From contig BDGG01000002.1 in NCBI GenBank assembly GCA_001949185.1, positions 2,229,826-2,293,825 of the forward strand: a stretch of DNA of 64,000 nucleotides, written 5' to 3'. Below the pieces are notes generated by a model. It had not been told where the DNA came from. It ran no database searches and saw only the letters and a list, made by a program, of their open reading frames with translations. Both the position numbers and the translations under genes were made by a program. The DNA comes from Ramazzottius varieornatus (lineage: Eukaryota > Animalia > Tardigrada). Positions 49,071 through 61,990 of the stretch are shown here, one piece after another (position 1 is the first letter of the stretch; every line of letters begins with the position of its first letter).

Positions 49071-52000
49071 TTAATTCAACCTACGAAGCTGTCTAAACTG
49101 TCGTGGTACCGAGGAAGGAACTGTACCGGCCTCAACACTAGCAACCGTCACATTATTCGGTGCCACAACCGTAGCGTTATCTGCGCTAGTTCTGAACGGT
49201 CCAATGCGTACAATGAGGCGATGTTCCAAATACTTCCTGGTGCCTATAATAGCCCCCAGTTCCGTCACGTTGCCGCCCGAGGCCGGCGTGGTCGTTTGAG
49301 AGGCCGTCAGAATGCCATCAGCAGAGAGCGGCGATAAGTTCGTCTCACTCAACACGGGTTCCGGCAAGAGGATCGTGGCGACCAAAGGTGGTGTTTTTAA
49401 CCTCTCGAGCGTACTGTTGGTCAACATAGTCCGCTGCAATGAACCGCTGGAGGAAGCTGCCGACGAGGCGCCGAACCCGACCAAGGCGCCTTGCTCTTGT
49501 CCAAACAACGGTATAACGGACTGACCACTGGACGATACCGAAGCTTGTCCTTGGTTGTTATTTTCGGCGGACGAGGATGAAGAAGCCACGGCGATAGCGG
49601 CAGGGCGACGAACCCCCGAGCCCCGTTGACCGAATCCGACTAGAGCTCCTTGTTCTTGACCAAACAAGGGAATTACCGTAACAGATTGGGCAAGACTCTC
49701 GGTAACCTCTTCGGTACTTTCATTGGTGTTGGCCGCTGCTTGTACCACGTTCACCGGCACCACTTGCACTATCGGTACTATCACCGGCGCGGCACTCGTA
49801 CTCGGTACTTGTACCACATTTACGGGCACCACTTGCACTATCGGCACAACGACCGGTGCAGCGGTTGTACTTGTGGCGGTACTGGGTGTCGTCGTCGTCG
49901 TGGTCCGCCTCGTGGTGGTACTGGGTGTCGTCGTCGTCGTGGTTCGACTCGTAGTAGTGGTCGTTGAGGTAGTGGATGTGGGAGCGGCAGGTTGTGTGGC
50001 ACTGCTTACCGCGATGGGCACGATGAGTAGGCTCGGTACACCCGTCGATTGGGTGGTAGGGCGCGTTCTCGTAGTTGCGACTCCACCGATGACCGGTGGC
50101 TGCCACCAGGTGACCCTTCCTCGTCGAGCCGTGCTGGGTGGCACGGTTGCTCTCGTGGTAACGGTAGGCCCATTGTTTACGGACACCGCGATGGCACTGC
50201 TGTTGAAGCTCGTCTGACCGGTTTGACTGTTAAAGTTGCTGTTCAACGAGGTGGCGCCACCGACGAAGACAGTTGCGTTATTATTCGGTAGGAAGACCAC
50301 GGTTGTTCCGTTTCCGTTGAGGCTTTGGTTTTCCGTGGCCTGAGCAGCGAGTACCCCACCTTGGCCAGCAGCGTTATTGATGATCGGTACATCACCGACC
50401 AGAATAGGGACAGGAATGAACCCAGTTTGATTGCCGGTACTCGCAATGGGCTGTTGACCAAGACCTGCAGCATGGATTAATAGAATATCGTCCCCGCTGA
50501 TATCGCCACTTTGTGCGTGTGAAGTCGCGTCGACGTTTGTGGAGACGTTGTTGCTCAACAGCACGCCAGTTCTCAGATCGTTTGTTCCGTTGTTGTTAAT
50601 GTCGAACGACGTGACGTGGACAACAGCCGGACCAGCTACAACCGTATAGTTGTTACCACCCGTAGCACCCAAGGCTACAGGTACGATGGGAACGACTGGC
50701 ACGATGGTGGCCAGTTCCGTGGTTTCTTCCTCCGGCGTGGTTGTTGTTGTCGTCGTCGTCGTCGTTGTTGTGGTAGTGGTGGTCGTTGACGGAACGGGGG
50801 TTGGTGCGATGGCCAAAGAAGCAGCTGTTAGTGGCACTCGACGAGTGGTTGTCGTGGCGCTGCCTGCCACACCGATGACTGGCGGTTGCCACCACGTCAC
50901 ACGCGGGCGGTTTCCACTTGTCGTCGCTGCTGGTACCGGTGCTCTCGTTGTGGAATTACTCGCCAATAGGCCAACGTTGCCAATAATAATCTTCGGGTTG
51001 ACTTGTCCAATGGGTCGTGGAGTGATTTGCGTGACAGGGACGACCGGAACGACCAGCGGAACGACTGCCGGGCTTGTGGCTGTGGGTTCGTCTGTGATGA
51101 CTTCTTCCGTATTATCTTGGATGTTTAAATTCACGGTAGTATTTGTCCCGTTGTTGTTCGCGAGGATCAGCGTGACGTTTTGGACGTTAGCTGGGATACT
51201 GACGCTTGCGCTTTGGCCATCGGTCAGTGTTCGGTTGACGGACTGACTGGGTTGGCCGTTGGGACCTAGCACCGTCACTGGCGCTGTACCGTTGGCTCCG
51301 ACTTGCACGTGACTTCCTGGTTGTGTACTGATCACGGCGATATTCGTACCATTGGTTGCGCTTGTATTTTCAGTCCCGCTGGTACTTTCGTTTTCGGTGG
51401 TGCTACCAGTGTTTTGTAGCAGCTGTGCGATAACAGCGGACTGGTTGGTGATCGAGTTTAGCGATGCGATGATCGGTACCAGCGTGGTATCGTCTTCTTG
51501 TATTACCAATGCAGGTGCATCGGTAACTTCGACGGTCGCGAGCGCTTCTTCAGTGGACGGAACCACAAGGACAGGTACCAATATCGGAGCTGGTGTCGTC
51601 GGCGCTTCGATGTTAGTGGTCGTGGTCGTGGCAGTAGGGGTGGTGGTTGTGGTGGGGGTGGTACGAGTAGTGGTACTGTTCGTAGTAGGTATTGTCCGTC
51701 GGGTGGTAGCAGCGACCGGAATGAGAGCGATGGGTGCCACCGGTATCACTACGGCCTGAGCGCTTGTGTTATTTGTGAGCAGCGCGTTACTCTGGTTGGA
51801 GTGGGCGTTTCCACCAACAAACACTGAAGTCAGAGGGATGGAAGCGATGACATTTCGCCTTCTTGGCGTGGTTCGTTGTGTAATGGGCGCATCGGTGACT
51901 ACATCATCCTCAACGAGAACTTCCGGTGTCTCGGTTGTTGTGGTGGTGGTGGTGGTGGTAGTAGTTGTCCTGGGAGTGGGTCTTTGCGTGGTGGTACTCG

Positions 52001-55000
52001 TGGTGGTAGTGGGGATTGTTCGCTGGGTTTCCGGCAGCACCTGAACGACCACTGGTCGTTGCTGAGGTACGAAGACGGGTCGCGGTGCCGCAGTGACGAC
52101 CGGACCAGCCTGTTGGCTAGCTTGTACGAAGCCGTTGCGGTTAGGAGTGATGACGACCACAGGGCCAGATGGACGAGGTGGTTGCACTGGAGCTGGAGTC
52201 TCGGTTTCAGTGTTATCCTCGTTGGTATTGGTGAGGTTGGCCTGGGAAAAGACTTGGGTGCTTCCGGGCAGGTCTTCACCGTTCTGTGAAACGATACCGA
52301 TCACGATAACTGGCCCAACGTTTGCCGTGTTGGAACTGGCGAAGAGACCGTTACTAGATGACTGGCTACTGGCCGAACCTGCAGGGAAAGACAAATGAGA
52401 CTGAAAACCCAATGGACGAACCGTACAAAAAGGCCGAATGATCTCCGTTTGAGTTGTATGCGCCACTTTCACTATCAACCGTGTTCAAAATTTCACGTTT
52501 GTTCAGATACTATGTACGATGGTTTGAACACTTTCAAACTTTTACAAAATTTACCTGAGACTGATATTCCGCCCAGACCACCAACTACAGGTCTGGTTCC
52601 GCACACTGCGTTGTACCAAGCTTCACAACGGAGTGTTGCATGGCTGAAGACATTCGTGACTGGACAGAGAAAGGTGGTCAAGGTCCCGTTCTCGTCGCAG
52701 TAGTAGTACTGTTGGCAGTTGGTTTGTAACTCCTCGTACCAAGCAGGTCGCGGTAAGTTGTCACAGGTGAACTCGGTTGTGATACTGGACGTGAAGTTCG
52801 GATAAGTGATGCCCGATACCGCTTGGGATTCCAACAAGGCGATCTGATCTGGCGTAAAGCGTTGGTTGATCTGGCTAACAGCAATGCTACCTGCAGAACA
52901 AATTTACTATAGACCGTTAGCTATCCAAGCCCGTAAATCCCTTTGGACCTTGTGAAAAAACTTCATTAGGTTTAGCAAATTTTGTTTAGCAAGGTTTAGC
53001 ATATGAGCACTGGGCAAAGCTTTTCAGTAAGGCGTGGCCAATTTCTGCCTTAGGGGACGGCGGTCAAGCGAAAATTTTTGAGCAGTATGGTGGTTAACCT
53101 GTCAGGAAAAGGAGAGCGCGGCAGATCATGCCACTTACAGTCCAGATTCCCCTTGCAGACTCGATGGTGCCATTGCTTCAGATTCGTACACCCTGATCGG
53201 GCCAACTTGCTACCACATCATCAAAAATTTCCTGCACATACGGGAATGAATCCAAAATTCTTGATCTAGTTTTACATGATCCCCTTTCCTATCCAGCATC
53301 TTCTGAACACGACTTTCTCAGGATGAAAGTGAACGACGGATGATTTCGAGGTCGAAATCCGCGAATACCCCTTGAAGGACCTTGTTTAGACCCGCTTTGG
53401 TGATAACCTTCCTTCCACCTAAAATGGTTTTGAGAATTCCGCTGATGGCATAGTCCAAAGGAGCGAGGTCGAGGCTGTTGGCCATCCAATGGTCTTGCGG
53501 AATGTAGTTCGGATGGTTCTCTTCCATCCAGTTTTGGGTCAGAATCGCCACGTGGGACTTGGCACTGTCGAAATGCACCGTGATTTCCTTCGGATTTTTG
53601 GGGTAGAGTCGAGGAATGTCTTTCATAACCATCGGCGACATGACATTGTCGATGAAGTACTGTGCTGTGACTTTCTTATTGCCATCAACAACGTAGGGCT
53701 TTGACATTCCGTTCCAGCAGAGCCCAATTGCGACCATAATCTTTTTAGCCGCTGCTTCACCGGTTTTTTGCGCCACTCGTCGGGAACTTCCAGAAACCCA
53801 TCCCTGTAGTAGTAGTCACCTTCGCTGTTACAATCATCCAGAGTGATCCATGTCTCGTCCATAGTAGATATCTTCTTGATCCTGTTACCCCACAGATGAG
53901 ATACACAATTTTCCGCGCTCGTACCTTTGTTTCTTCTAGGCGTCGGACAGGTGGTGAAGTTTCTTCTTCTTGCGCGCGCGCAAACCCAAATCCCGGTGGA
54001 TGATAGTAGCCACGGTGTTCTGGAAACATCCTAGCTTACGGACAAGCTGTCGTTGGGAATCCGGACGCTTCTTGAGGACTGCTCTCTCTACTTCCTTGAT
54101 AGTGTCCTTCGTACGCACCGAAGGAAGGTTTTGCGGAGGCAGTCGTTTCGCGGGTTTGGCCCATCCGATTCCGTTCGTTCCTTCTCTTCTGACAAGCCTA
54201 CCGATCTTTTTGTAATGGGTAGGAGTCCTGAGGCTGAGAACTTGTTCAGAAATTTGTTTGTACGATAAACGTTGACTATGCAGTGCCACAACCATCGCCA
54301 GAACAAATTTCTGAACCCATTTTGATACAAAGTCCAACAAGTAATATCTCAAACGATGCGGCATTGAAAGCAGGTTACAAAGTCAGCTGGGATAGCAGAA
54401 AACACGACACAGGGAATTTGTTTAGAGCCGAGTTTCAGGTGGTAGCAAGTTGGCCCGATCAGAGTGTATTTGAGAAGGTCGCTTAGCGGAAACAGGTGTT
54501 CTGCGGCGCGCAATCGCTTCGATTTTGGATGCTCTGAGTTTTGAATTTCGTTCGAAAAATCAATGGAGTTTAACTGTAATATACATCAACTCCGCTTTTA
54601 CTAAACGTTCAGTAGCTTCAGACTCACTACGCTTCTTTTCATGACGCGTTAACTGCATTCCGATACACCTGTCTTCCATTTGTCTTCTGCAGAGCCAGTT
54701 TTGTACACGTATCATTGAAAAACTTAGATATTTTCGAGTCTAAAGTATGCTTTGTGTATCATTTATGGCAAGACTCGGGGCGTTCAACAGTCACGGCATG
54801 CATTGACTTACCATTGCCGGCTTGGCTGACAGGAATGGTGCCATTGATGTACACGATGGTTGGGATGGCGATAATAATAATCCGAACGCCATTGTCCAAG
54901 TCCGTTTGACCCACTGTGTAGTTCTGGGCCAAGGCCGAACTAACCATGCTAGAGGCGTTGTTGAGACCTTCAGGCGAGTCGTCGAACTCGAAGACACGAC

Positions 55001-57877
55001 CTGAAGCTCCGGGAATAATAAAGCCATTCTGTGTGCGTTGTTGCGACGAAGTAGCCGGTGGAGAGAAGATGATGGGCTGAATAGGTTGCTGGATGACTCG
55101 GACGGCAGGCAGCTGGACAGTCGGTGCTAGCGTGGCACGGAAAGGAGCAGACGTAAAAACGGGACGGGCGAAGGCCGCTGGAGCTGGCTGAATGATAACA
55201 TTGCGGACCGGCAGGACGACCGGTCTAAATGGCACGATGTTTATTCTTTGCGTCACTGTAAGTGGAAGAAAAAAAGATGCAGAAGCCTGCCACTAAAGCA
55301 GAAATTCACCGCCGACGACCAAAGCAGAGCTGAAAACAAACCCCGCAATCTGGCCTTCTGACTACGAAATTTCTACAGCTTCTCAAGGTAATGCCGGACA
55401 GTCGAACAACGGCAGATAAATCTCCGGCTATAGTGTGTATGAAGAGGAAAATTTGCCAACGTTATTAGTAACAAAATGGTCGACAAGTGAACACAAGTTT
55501 CGTCCGTGGACGCTTTTATGTGCAGAAGGACAGCCTTTTGATGATGCAGGCCTGTTTTACCTGGTCTGGGTGCGAAAGTGACACGTTGTGTTCGTGGCGG
55601 TGGCGCCTCTGTAGGTGGGGGTCGCTCATAGGTGCCATCTCCGTGCAGAGGCACTCCCGGTCTGTACAACCGTGAGTTGGCATACTCGTATAGGGAAAGA
55701 GACCTGAAAAGTCAGAAACACGAATTTGATTCAAAGTTGGGAATGGACCATCGTGAAATCTCCTCATCTAACATCAGCATCGAAAATAACACGCTATTAC
55801 TTTACTACGCGTTGACGTGTTTGATCTACTAGATTATGAAAGCTAATCAAACCTGCCTAACTCATTTGTCATTTGTCTATATCAACGCCAAATTCGAACG
55901 CCGATGTCTGTTTCGAAAGCTCTTCATGAACAGAGTTATAGGCAGGTTTGAACAGTTTTTATAATTTAGCAGATTAAATACGTCAACGCGTAGTAAAGTA
56001 ATAACGTTGTTCTTTTGGCTTGTCCTTGTTCTTCTTTTACTATGGTGTCAGTGGTGCAAAGAGAAGAGGTCACTTAGAGGTGGACAACAGTGCCACGCCC
56101 TGGTGGCCTACAGATGTCAAGATTTACACACTGGAGTGCAGCGAAAGCCCGCTTGATGATGACCTGTGGTACAGCCGAGCCTGCCACACACCATTTTCGA
56201 AAGACTTATGATCAACCTCCACGTCAAGTTATTGTTCGCTTCTAATAAGGAAATCAATATGGGCCGAATCGAGGGCAATTTGTAACTCTGATATACAGTA
56301 TAGGTAACAATTAATATATCTGTGATCGGTTCAAGTTGACGTCGAACGGTCCACTTAGAAGCTTCACAGATAGCGTTGCGTTTGATTGTACAGTTGGTAA
56401 TTATGATACTGTACTTCAGTCCTTGAACACGTGGAGCTGTCTAGCCGCTCCGGCATAGTGTTATGTAACCCTATGCAACGTTGAAAAGATGGTTGATGTG
56501 ATCGCTTCCGGTACAACTCTACCTTGCATAATTCCATTAATTTAGCAATCTCGAAAGAATTTCGCACATGTTCAAGGCCAATGTTGCGCCATGACCAAAC
56601 CAGATATTCTTGTTACCGACATTCAAAGTGAGCGATCACTTTGAATTTTCCCATTAGTTTATATCAGAATCAGAATTCATTAAAACTTGAATTTACCAAT
56701 CGAGCTAATACAAAACTTGCTGGGAAAATCTGTTCGAGCGGAATGTATATAAATCGGCAAAAATAAACAATGCTCAGCGAGCGGGTAGATTCCAAAATTG
56801 CAGGGAAAATTAACAAAATTAACGATATCCCCCGGCTCGATATCTCAAATCGAGCTTAATGTATTAATTTTTTGCATTAGAAGTCAAACAGATGTTCGGC
56901 ACGACAGTCAACTGGCAATGAAAGCGCAGCATGTATTGAACCGCAGCGAAAAGAAAACACGTATTATGCCTACTGCTTGTTTGTCTGTATGTCCAAACCA
57001 GAACAAGAAACTTGGCTTTGTGTTCTCTTTTCACTTTCCGCAACAAAACCACCGACAGTTCGTCTAATTGAGAAATTGGAATATTGATTGTTTGAGAGCG
57101 TACAACATGGTTTCCTCGAATGGCGCACCCTTCCAACAAATAACATCGGAAACGTGCACAACTTGGGAAAAAGCTCGACAGCATACTTGGAGCATATTTG
57201 CTTCCGAGAACTATTAAAACGTGTGCCAATTGAGATGAGCATCATGTACCGTTGTATTTGCCCGGCTCAGGTTTTGAGTCCACTTACGCGCTACAGTTGA
57301 CGTTGTACCAGTAATCACAGATGAGGGTATCTTGGCTAAAGAGAGTTCCTGGAGGACAAATGAAGCTAGTTCCGCGTTGTTCCGAGTAACACCGATGGTA
57401 CTGTTGACATCCGGTTTCGACATCCGCGTACCACCCTGGTCCCTTCAGACCGCGACACGTGAAGTTCGTCTCAACAACTCTGGTCAACGATGGATATAAA
57501 TTAGAGATCCTCGCGCTGCTTTGCAGCTCTTTGACCACCGTGGGGTCTCTCACGCGGTTGGATTCCTGTAGATCGATCACGGGAGTTTCTTGTCTACTGA
57601 TGGGTCTGTTTTCAGGATACTGCGATGATAGCGCGCTTCCATCCTGAAGAATATCGTCCGCTGTTTGTCTTCGATGAATCTAGATATGGGAAGATAGTAG
57701 TACAATGACCATGCAGTAAGTCACGAACACATTTTCTCGAGTGGTGGTCTGAAACGAGCCCGTTACCTGATGGGAAATTGAAGGTGAAAATGAGAGCAAA
57801 TAGAAACAGAATAATGTCAAAATAGTCCAGCTTTTCGACTGGCATAGTTTGAGGAAAAACTGGTTGTTATTCCACAT
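49071..57877 (-). CDS. Secreted chitin-binding mucin-like protein (two CBM14/peritrophin-A domains + T/V/P/N-rich tail of about 1100 aa)
   Basis: Signal exon from 57877. CBM14-1 FTCRGLKGPGWYADVETGCQQYHRC...FICPPGTLFSQDTLICDYWYNVNC spliced to SLSLYEYANSRLY. CBM14-2 FTCDNL..WYEELQTNCQQYYYC..FLCPVTNVFSHATLRCEAWYNAVC. Phase-compatible GT-AG introns link these to the long ORF ending at 49071. Confidence 0.85.
53189..54466 (-). mobile_element. Full-length but inactivated Tc1/mariner-superfamily element, DD37D (maT-type), in an intron of the mucin gene
   Basis: 28-bp TIRs cac(c/t)ctgatcgggccaacttgctaccac with TA on both sides. Transposase split over 53936-54364 (HTH), 53623-53862 (DETW) and 53318-53776 (HFDSAKSH...NSLDLAPLDY; 37 residues between the 2nd and 3rd D). 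Frameshifts and a probable W->TGA. Confidence 0.92.
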
Positions 57878-59434
57878 GATGGGTATTCCACACGATCGAG
57901 CTGTTTATAATTCTAGTCGGAAAGATGTGCGTCGGCAAGCAGGAAGTGTGAAACCAGAGTAGACAGGGGGTTGTAGCCAGAGGTCAAAAGTGAAGGACTA
58001 TAGGGCTAATCACGCATCGATGGCTAATCCCACATCATGTGGCCGACGCTCTTTTGACCCAGAAATCCACTTGTTGCGATGATGAAGACTCTCTCTGGCC
58101 GCCGAACATGAGCTAACGCAGTCGATGAAAAACTTGTGCTAAGCGGACAACAGCGAAGAACTTCTCCAAACCACTATTTGGATACTGTTATTGTCTACCT
58201 CAGTTGTACACTGATTGAGCTTACAGTACGATTTTTGTACAGTACGATGGGCGATTAGCAGGTGAGGTATGATTTTGCACCGAATCTCGCGCAAGCGTTG
58301 AATGAGCGATATCTGGCCACACTAGGGAAAGTATGCATGAAGACCCGAGGCGGTCACCGACGACCACGCACACGACCGAAACGAAGAAACACTAGCCACT
58401 TATCCGCATCGATGTTTCAAAAGAAGATCATTGCATGAATTAAACCTACGGAAAAAGGCGAAACTCGATCGTGAAAGCTTTTGTCAGCTAGAACGTTCCC
58501 ACAAGAGTCTTTGAGCGCATAAAATTCTGTTCAAGAAGAATTCGGGTTTACGTTCCCTAATTTCAGTAACGTGTACGGCGAACTGGTTGTGAACTTCGAG
58601 GGCGTCGTCGACGAAAGTTTTGTGACACCTACGCCCATCAGTTGTATTAAACTGTCTTTTCCTAAGCATATGCGGAAAAACCGCTTAGATAACAGGGCTC
58701 CTCACGAAAACGATCAATACTTGGAGCCTGACAAATGGTGTGGCACCTAATCTTGTACCAAGTACTACATGAGAAAATGGTTCACATGAGAACGAAGAAC
58801 TGCGGAGAAATCGAATCTGAAGATTCTTAAACCAGTGGTCAAGCATGAAGTTTATTTCGGATATTCAGCAGCCGTTTCGACCACTGAGGCTCATGAGTTC
58901 TTCATTCACGTAATTAGCTTCCATAAATGACAACAAAATGGCAAGAATAACCTTAGATTGGCTGATTTTCGCTTCAAACACAAACATTCGGAATTCGCTG
59001 CTCGCAATGCACGGTTAGTTTGTTAGAGTTCTAGAGGTTTCGGTGACCGGACACTGAATCAAGATGTCTCAAAACAGATCGAACCACAAGACAGCTTGTT
59101 CGACTTTGGTTGCTCTTGGTATTTTGTGCTGGTGAGCCCATGAATCAATGGTTGAGTAAAACTTGACGACCCATCATTACCACATCAAACAGTTTAACAC
59201 AATGATGATCACGACCGTCGGTTCTGCCAGCTCCACGCCACACAATGATGGCAACAATCTTCTTCGAGCACGCAACAGACGAACCAAAGATACGGGAGTC
59301 CCTCGCGACCGAATCCATATTTAAACGTCGTTGTTTTACCGCGGTTTCATCACATAGACTTCTCCCGGTTAACAGTGCACAGACTTTCTCAAACTTTTCA
59401 TCTCTTGGCTTGTTACCGTTTGTGAAAATTGAAG

Positions 59435-59878
59435 ATGGGTCTCCGTCTTGCCTTACTTTTGGTCTTGGCTGCTGGTGTTACGCATCAGTTGATTCACGGC
59501 GGATCAGGACACGGTCACATCTCGTCGGAGAATACATTCGACAGCGATCTGAGGAATACGATCATGGAGCGATTGCTGGCAGGTAAAGCCATCAGGGTTG
59601 AAGTGGTTAACGATCGCCGGCTCTCTTTTGGTCAAGATACCGATTGTGCGAGATGTGGTGGACCAACAGCAGCGGAAACCACACCGGATGCCCCAGTGGA
59701 TAGCTTGACAGAAACGACTGTCGCGCCGCCTGTGAACCACGCTGAACTGTGCCTGCGGACTTTTGGACCGCCTACGTCTAACTGCTCATACAGAGATGCC
59801 GGAATCCTCGACCCACTGACTTGTCCGGTGGAGTGCCACAACTCGGAATCACAGTCTAGCAATATTGCTATACGCTAG
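59435..59878 (+). CDS. Small secreted cysteine-containing protein of unknown family (probably with further exons to about 60215)
   Basis: Signal peptide MGLRLALLLVLAAGVTH, Thr/Pro linker, several Cys; candidate donors at about 59583 and 59828. Confidence 0.55.
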   Translation: MGLRLALLLVLAAGVTHQLIHGGSGHGHISSENTFDSDLRNTIMERLLAGKAIRVEVVNDRRLSFGQDTDCARCGGPTAAETTPDAPVDSLTETTVAPPVNHAELCLRTFGPPTSNCSYRDAGILDPLTCPVECHNSESQSSNIAIR

Positions 59879-60531
59879 AGAAGTCCACGTCTTTGATGGG
59901 TTCTGCATGGAAAGTACTAACATCACACATGCATACCAGGAAAGTTCATTTGACGCTCCCACATGCAGGTTCTAACCACTTTGCCACCTTCTTTCATACT
60001 GTAATGTACGTAAGTTTACCTCATGCTGACCTTAAATTTTAACAATTACATATTGATAGAAGAACTGTATTGTATCTGTACAGTACACCACTTGTTTGAG
60101 TGATGCCTTCAAAGTACATTGCACGGATAATACTAATGGAAAAGTGCAAAACTTCCGGCTGCTGCAAAGTGCGAGTGTACTATACGGATTATGTTCCGGG
60201 CGCAAGCCAAGCTGATAAAAATACATTAAACATCACCGAAACGATCAGTCATATTAAACAGAACAGAGCAAACCAGGGTTTCCTTATGGTTTTGGCAAAG
60301 CAAAGTCCACGATCTTGCAAAACGTCCTGTCGTTCATTACCGGAAACAAGTGCCACGTGCACGTTTTTCACCACCGTTACGTAGCAGGCAGGAAACATCT
60401 CGCGTGTTTCTGGCACGGACATCACTTTACTTTCCCAGCATCGCGCCATTAGTGCCCTGGGACAGAGCAAGGGTCAGATTCAAATTGCTACTGCACACCA
60501 GTTACGACAAATATTTCAGATTGGGCGCTGA

Positions 60532-60695
60532 GTAGACCTGGCAATGGTGTGATTTTACCACACCACACCGAAAAATCCACACTTTTTGGTTTCGGTGTGC
60601 GCGGAGCACCAAATCGAAAAAAGTGGTGTGACTTTCGCACCGGAAAAGTAGTTTCGGTGTGGAAGAACACCAAACCAAAAAACACCACACCACAT
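60532..60695. repeat. Patch of direct and inverted cacaccgaaa/tttcggtgtg motifs, resembling transposon subterminal repeats
   Basis: Multiple ccacacc/ggtgtg and accgaaa/tttcggt copies in both orientations. Confidence 0.55.
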
Positions 60696-61258
60696 TTAAC
60701 ACTTGTAGCACGACCGTACTCTTTGTGAGTACAATGACCCAGTATTCTCTCTCTCCTACTATCCGCTTTTGGTCTGGGAGTTTTTTGTTTGCTTGCACCG
60801 CGATGCGGTCACCAAAATGCTGCAGGTGACCATCGGTCAGGCGCCCCACGGAAAAACAGGGCGGGTTTGGTTCTCACCTCACCAAATTTGGTGGTAGTTC
60901 GTTGTGAGTATGTTTGCACGAATCGCATGCAACCTATTCTCTAGAAAAAAAATAACGAGATGGTCAAGGCCCCACTTTATCATGATGAAACATCAGACAC
61001 ATATTGTGGTCAGTCGTGTGGTCAGGAGAAAAATCCAGGTCTGAAAAGCCACCGAGCGGTACCGACGCCGCGTAACCGCTAACACCAGCGTCACCACCAC
61101 CGGTGGTACCTCCCTGGTTACATTTGCCAAATTTGAAATTTCATTTAATTATCCGGCTCATGTGCAGTTCTACACTTCCTTCTCTTCGATTCACAACCAC
61201 TGTCATCTTGATTATCTGTTTCGACGGGATTAGCGCTCCTCATACTGTGGCGTACAGG

Positions 61259-61725
61259 ATGGAAGCCGTGAGGGAACTGGAAGCTGCTTTTCAGAAAGAA
61301 GGGTGAGCGAATGCGCTGACGGACCGGAAATCATATCAGGATTCTTAATTTTTTGTGTAATTCCCGACTCAACGTGCCTCCCTCGCTCGTTCCCTTCATC
61401 GATGAAGCTGCTCATGGAACGACGGAGGAGAAAGCTCGATTCGCCGTCTACCAGGCGATGGCTAAGCAGATACTCGTAAGTCTTTGTCTACTACACTGCG
61501 CTACCACGAAAGACTCCAACTGTTCTGAAGTGTTTTGTTTGTTTTTAGCATGTTGAACAAGTTATCCCGTTCCAGCCCAATGTTGTCCTGGTTTATCCTA
61601 GCGCTCTGCTGGAATATATTAGAAAGAAGTTCGGAGGACAGAACAGCGGAGGATTCGGCAAGGGGAAGCACCTCGTCTCGCTACGTGCAGTCGGCTCGAT
61701 GGAATGGCGCACTTCCGGTCACTAG
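61259..61725 (+). CDS. Small three-exon gene upstream of the piggyBac transposase; weak resemblance to the C-terminal half of the P2X7-ballast/nanor-type domain
   Basis: MEAVRELEAAFQKEG|...PFIDEAAHGTTEEKARFAVYQAMAKQIL|HVEQ...VYPSALLEYIRKKFGGQNSGGF. Clean intron 61476-61548; the first acceptor is uncertain. Confidence 0.45.
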
Positions 61726-61990
61726 CTGTTTTCTCTCCTTCAATTGATTGTTGATTGGTCCAAACATTGCTTCTGTGCGTACAGATTTCTAACCCGTTTT
61801 GATCTTGATTGATTTGTAACCAGGGTGTTGCTTACGAGTATAGTACACAGTGCAATCCCTATAAACAATCAAACGTGTGGGCGTACGTGAATACGAGCTT
61901 CACTGTATCGCGAATAAGCTGCGCCGCAGCTATCCCTTTGAATACTCCACCGTATTATTTGTAGTTCGTATCGGAAAAGTGTTCTAGAGA

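Noticed and set aside
49312-52398. Plus-strand Val/Gly-rich ORFs resembling membrane proteins
   Set aside because: Antisense shadows of the Thr/Pro-rich mucin exon.
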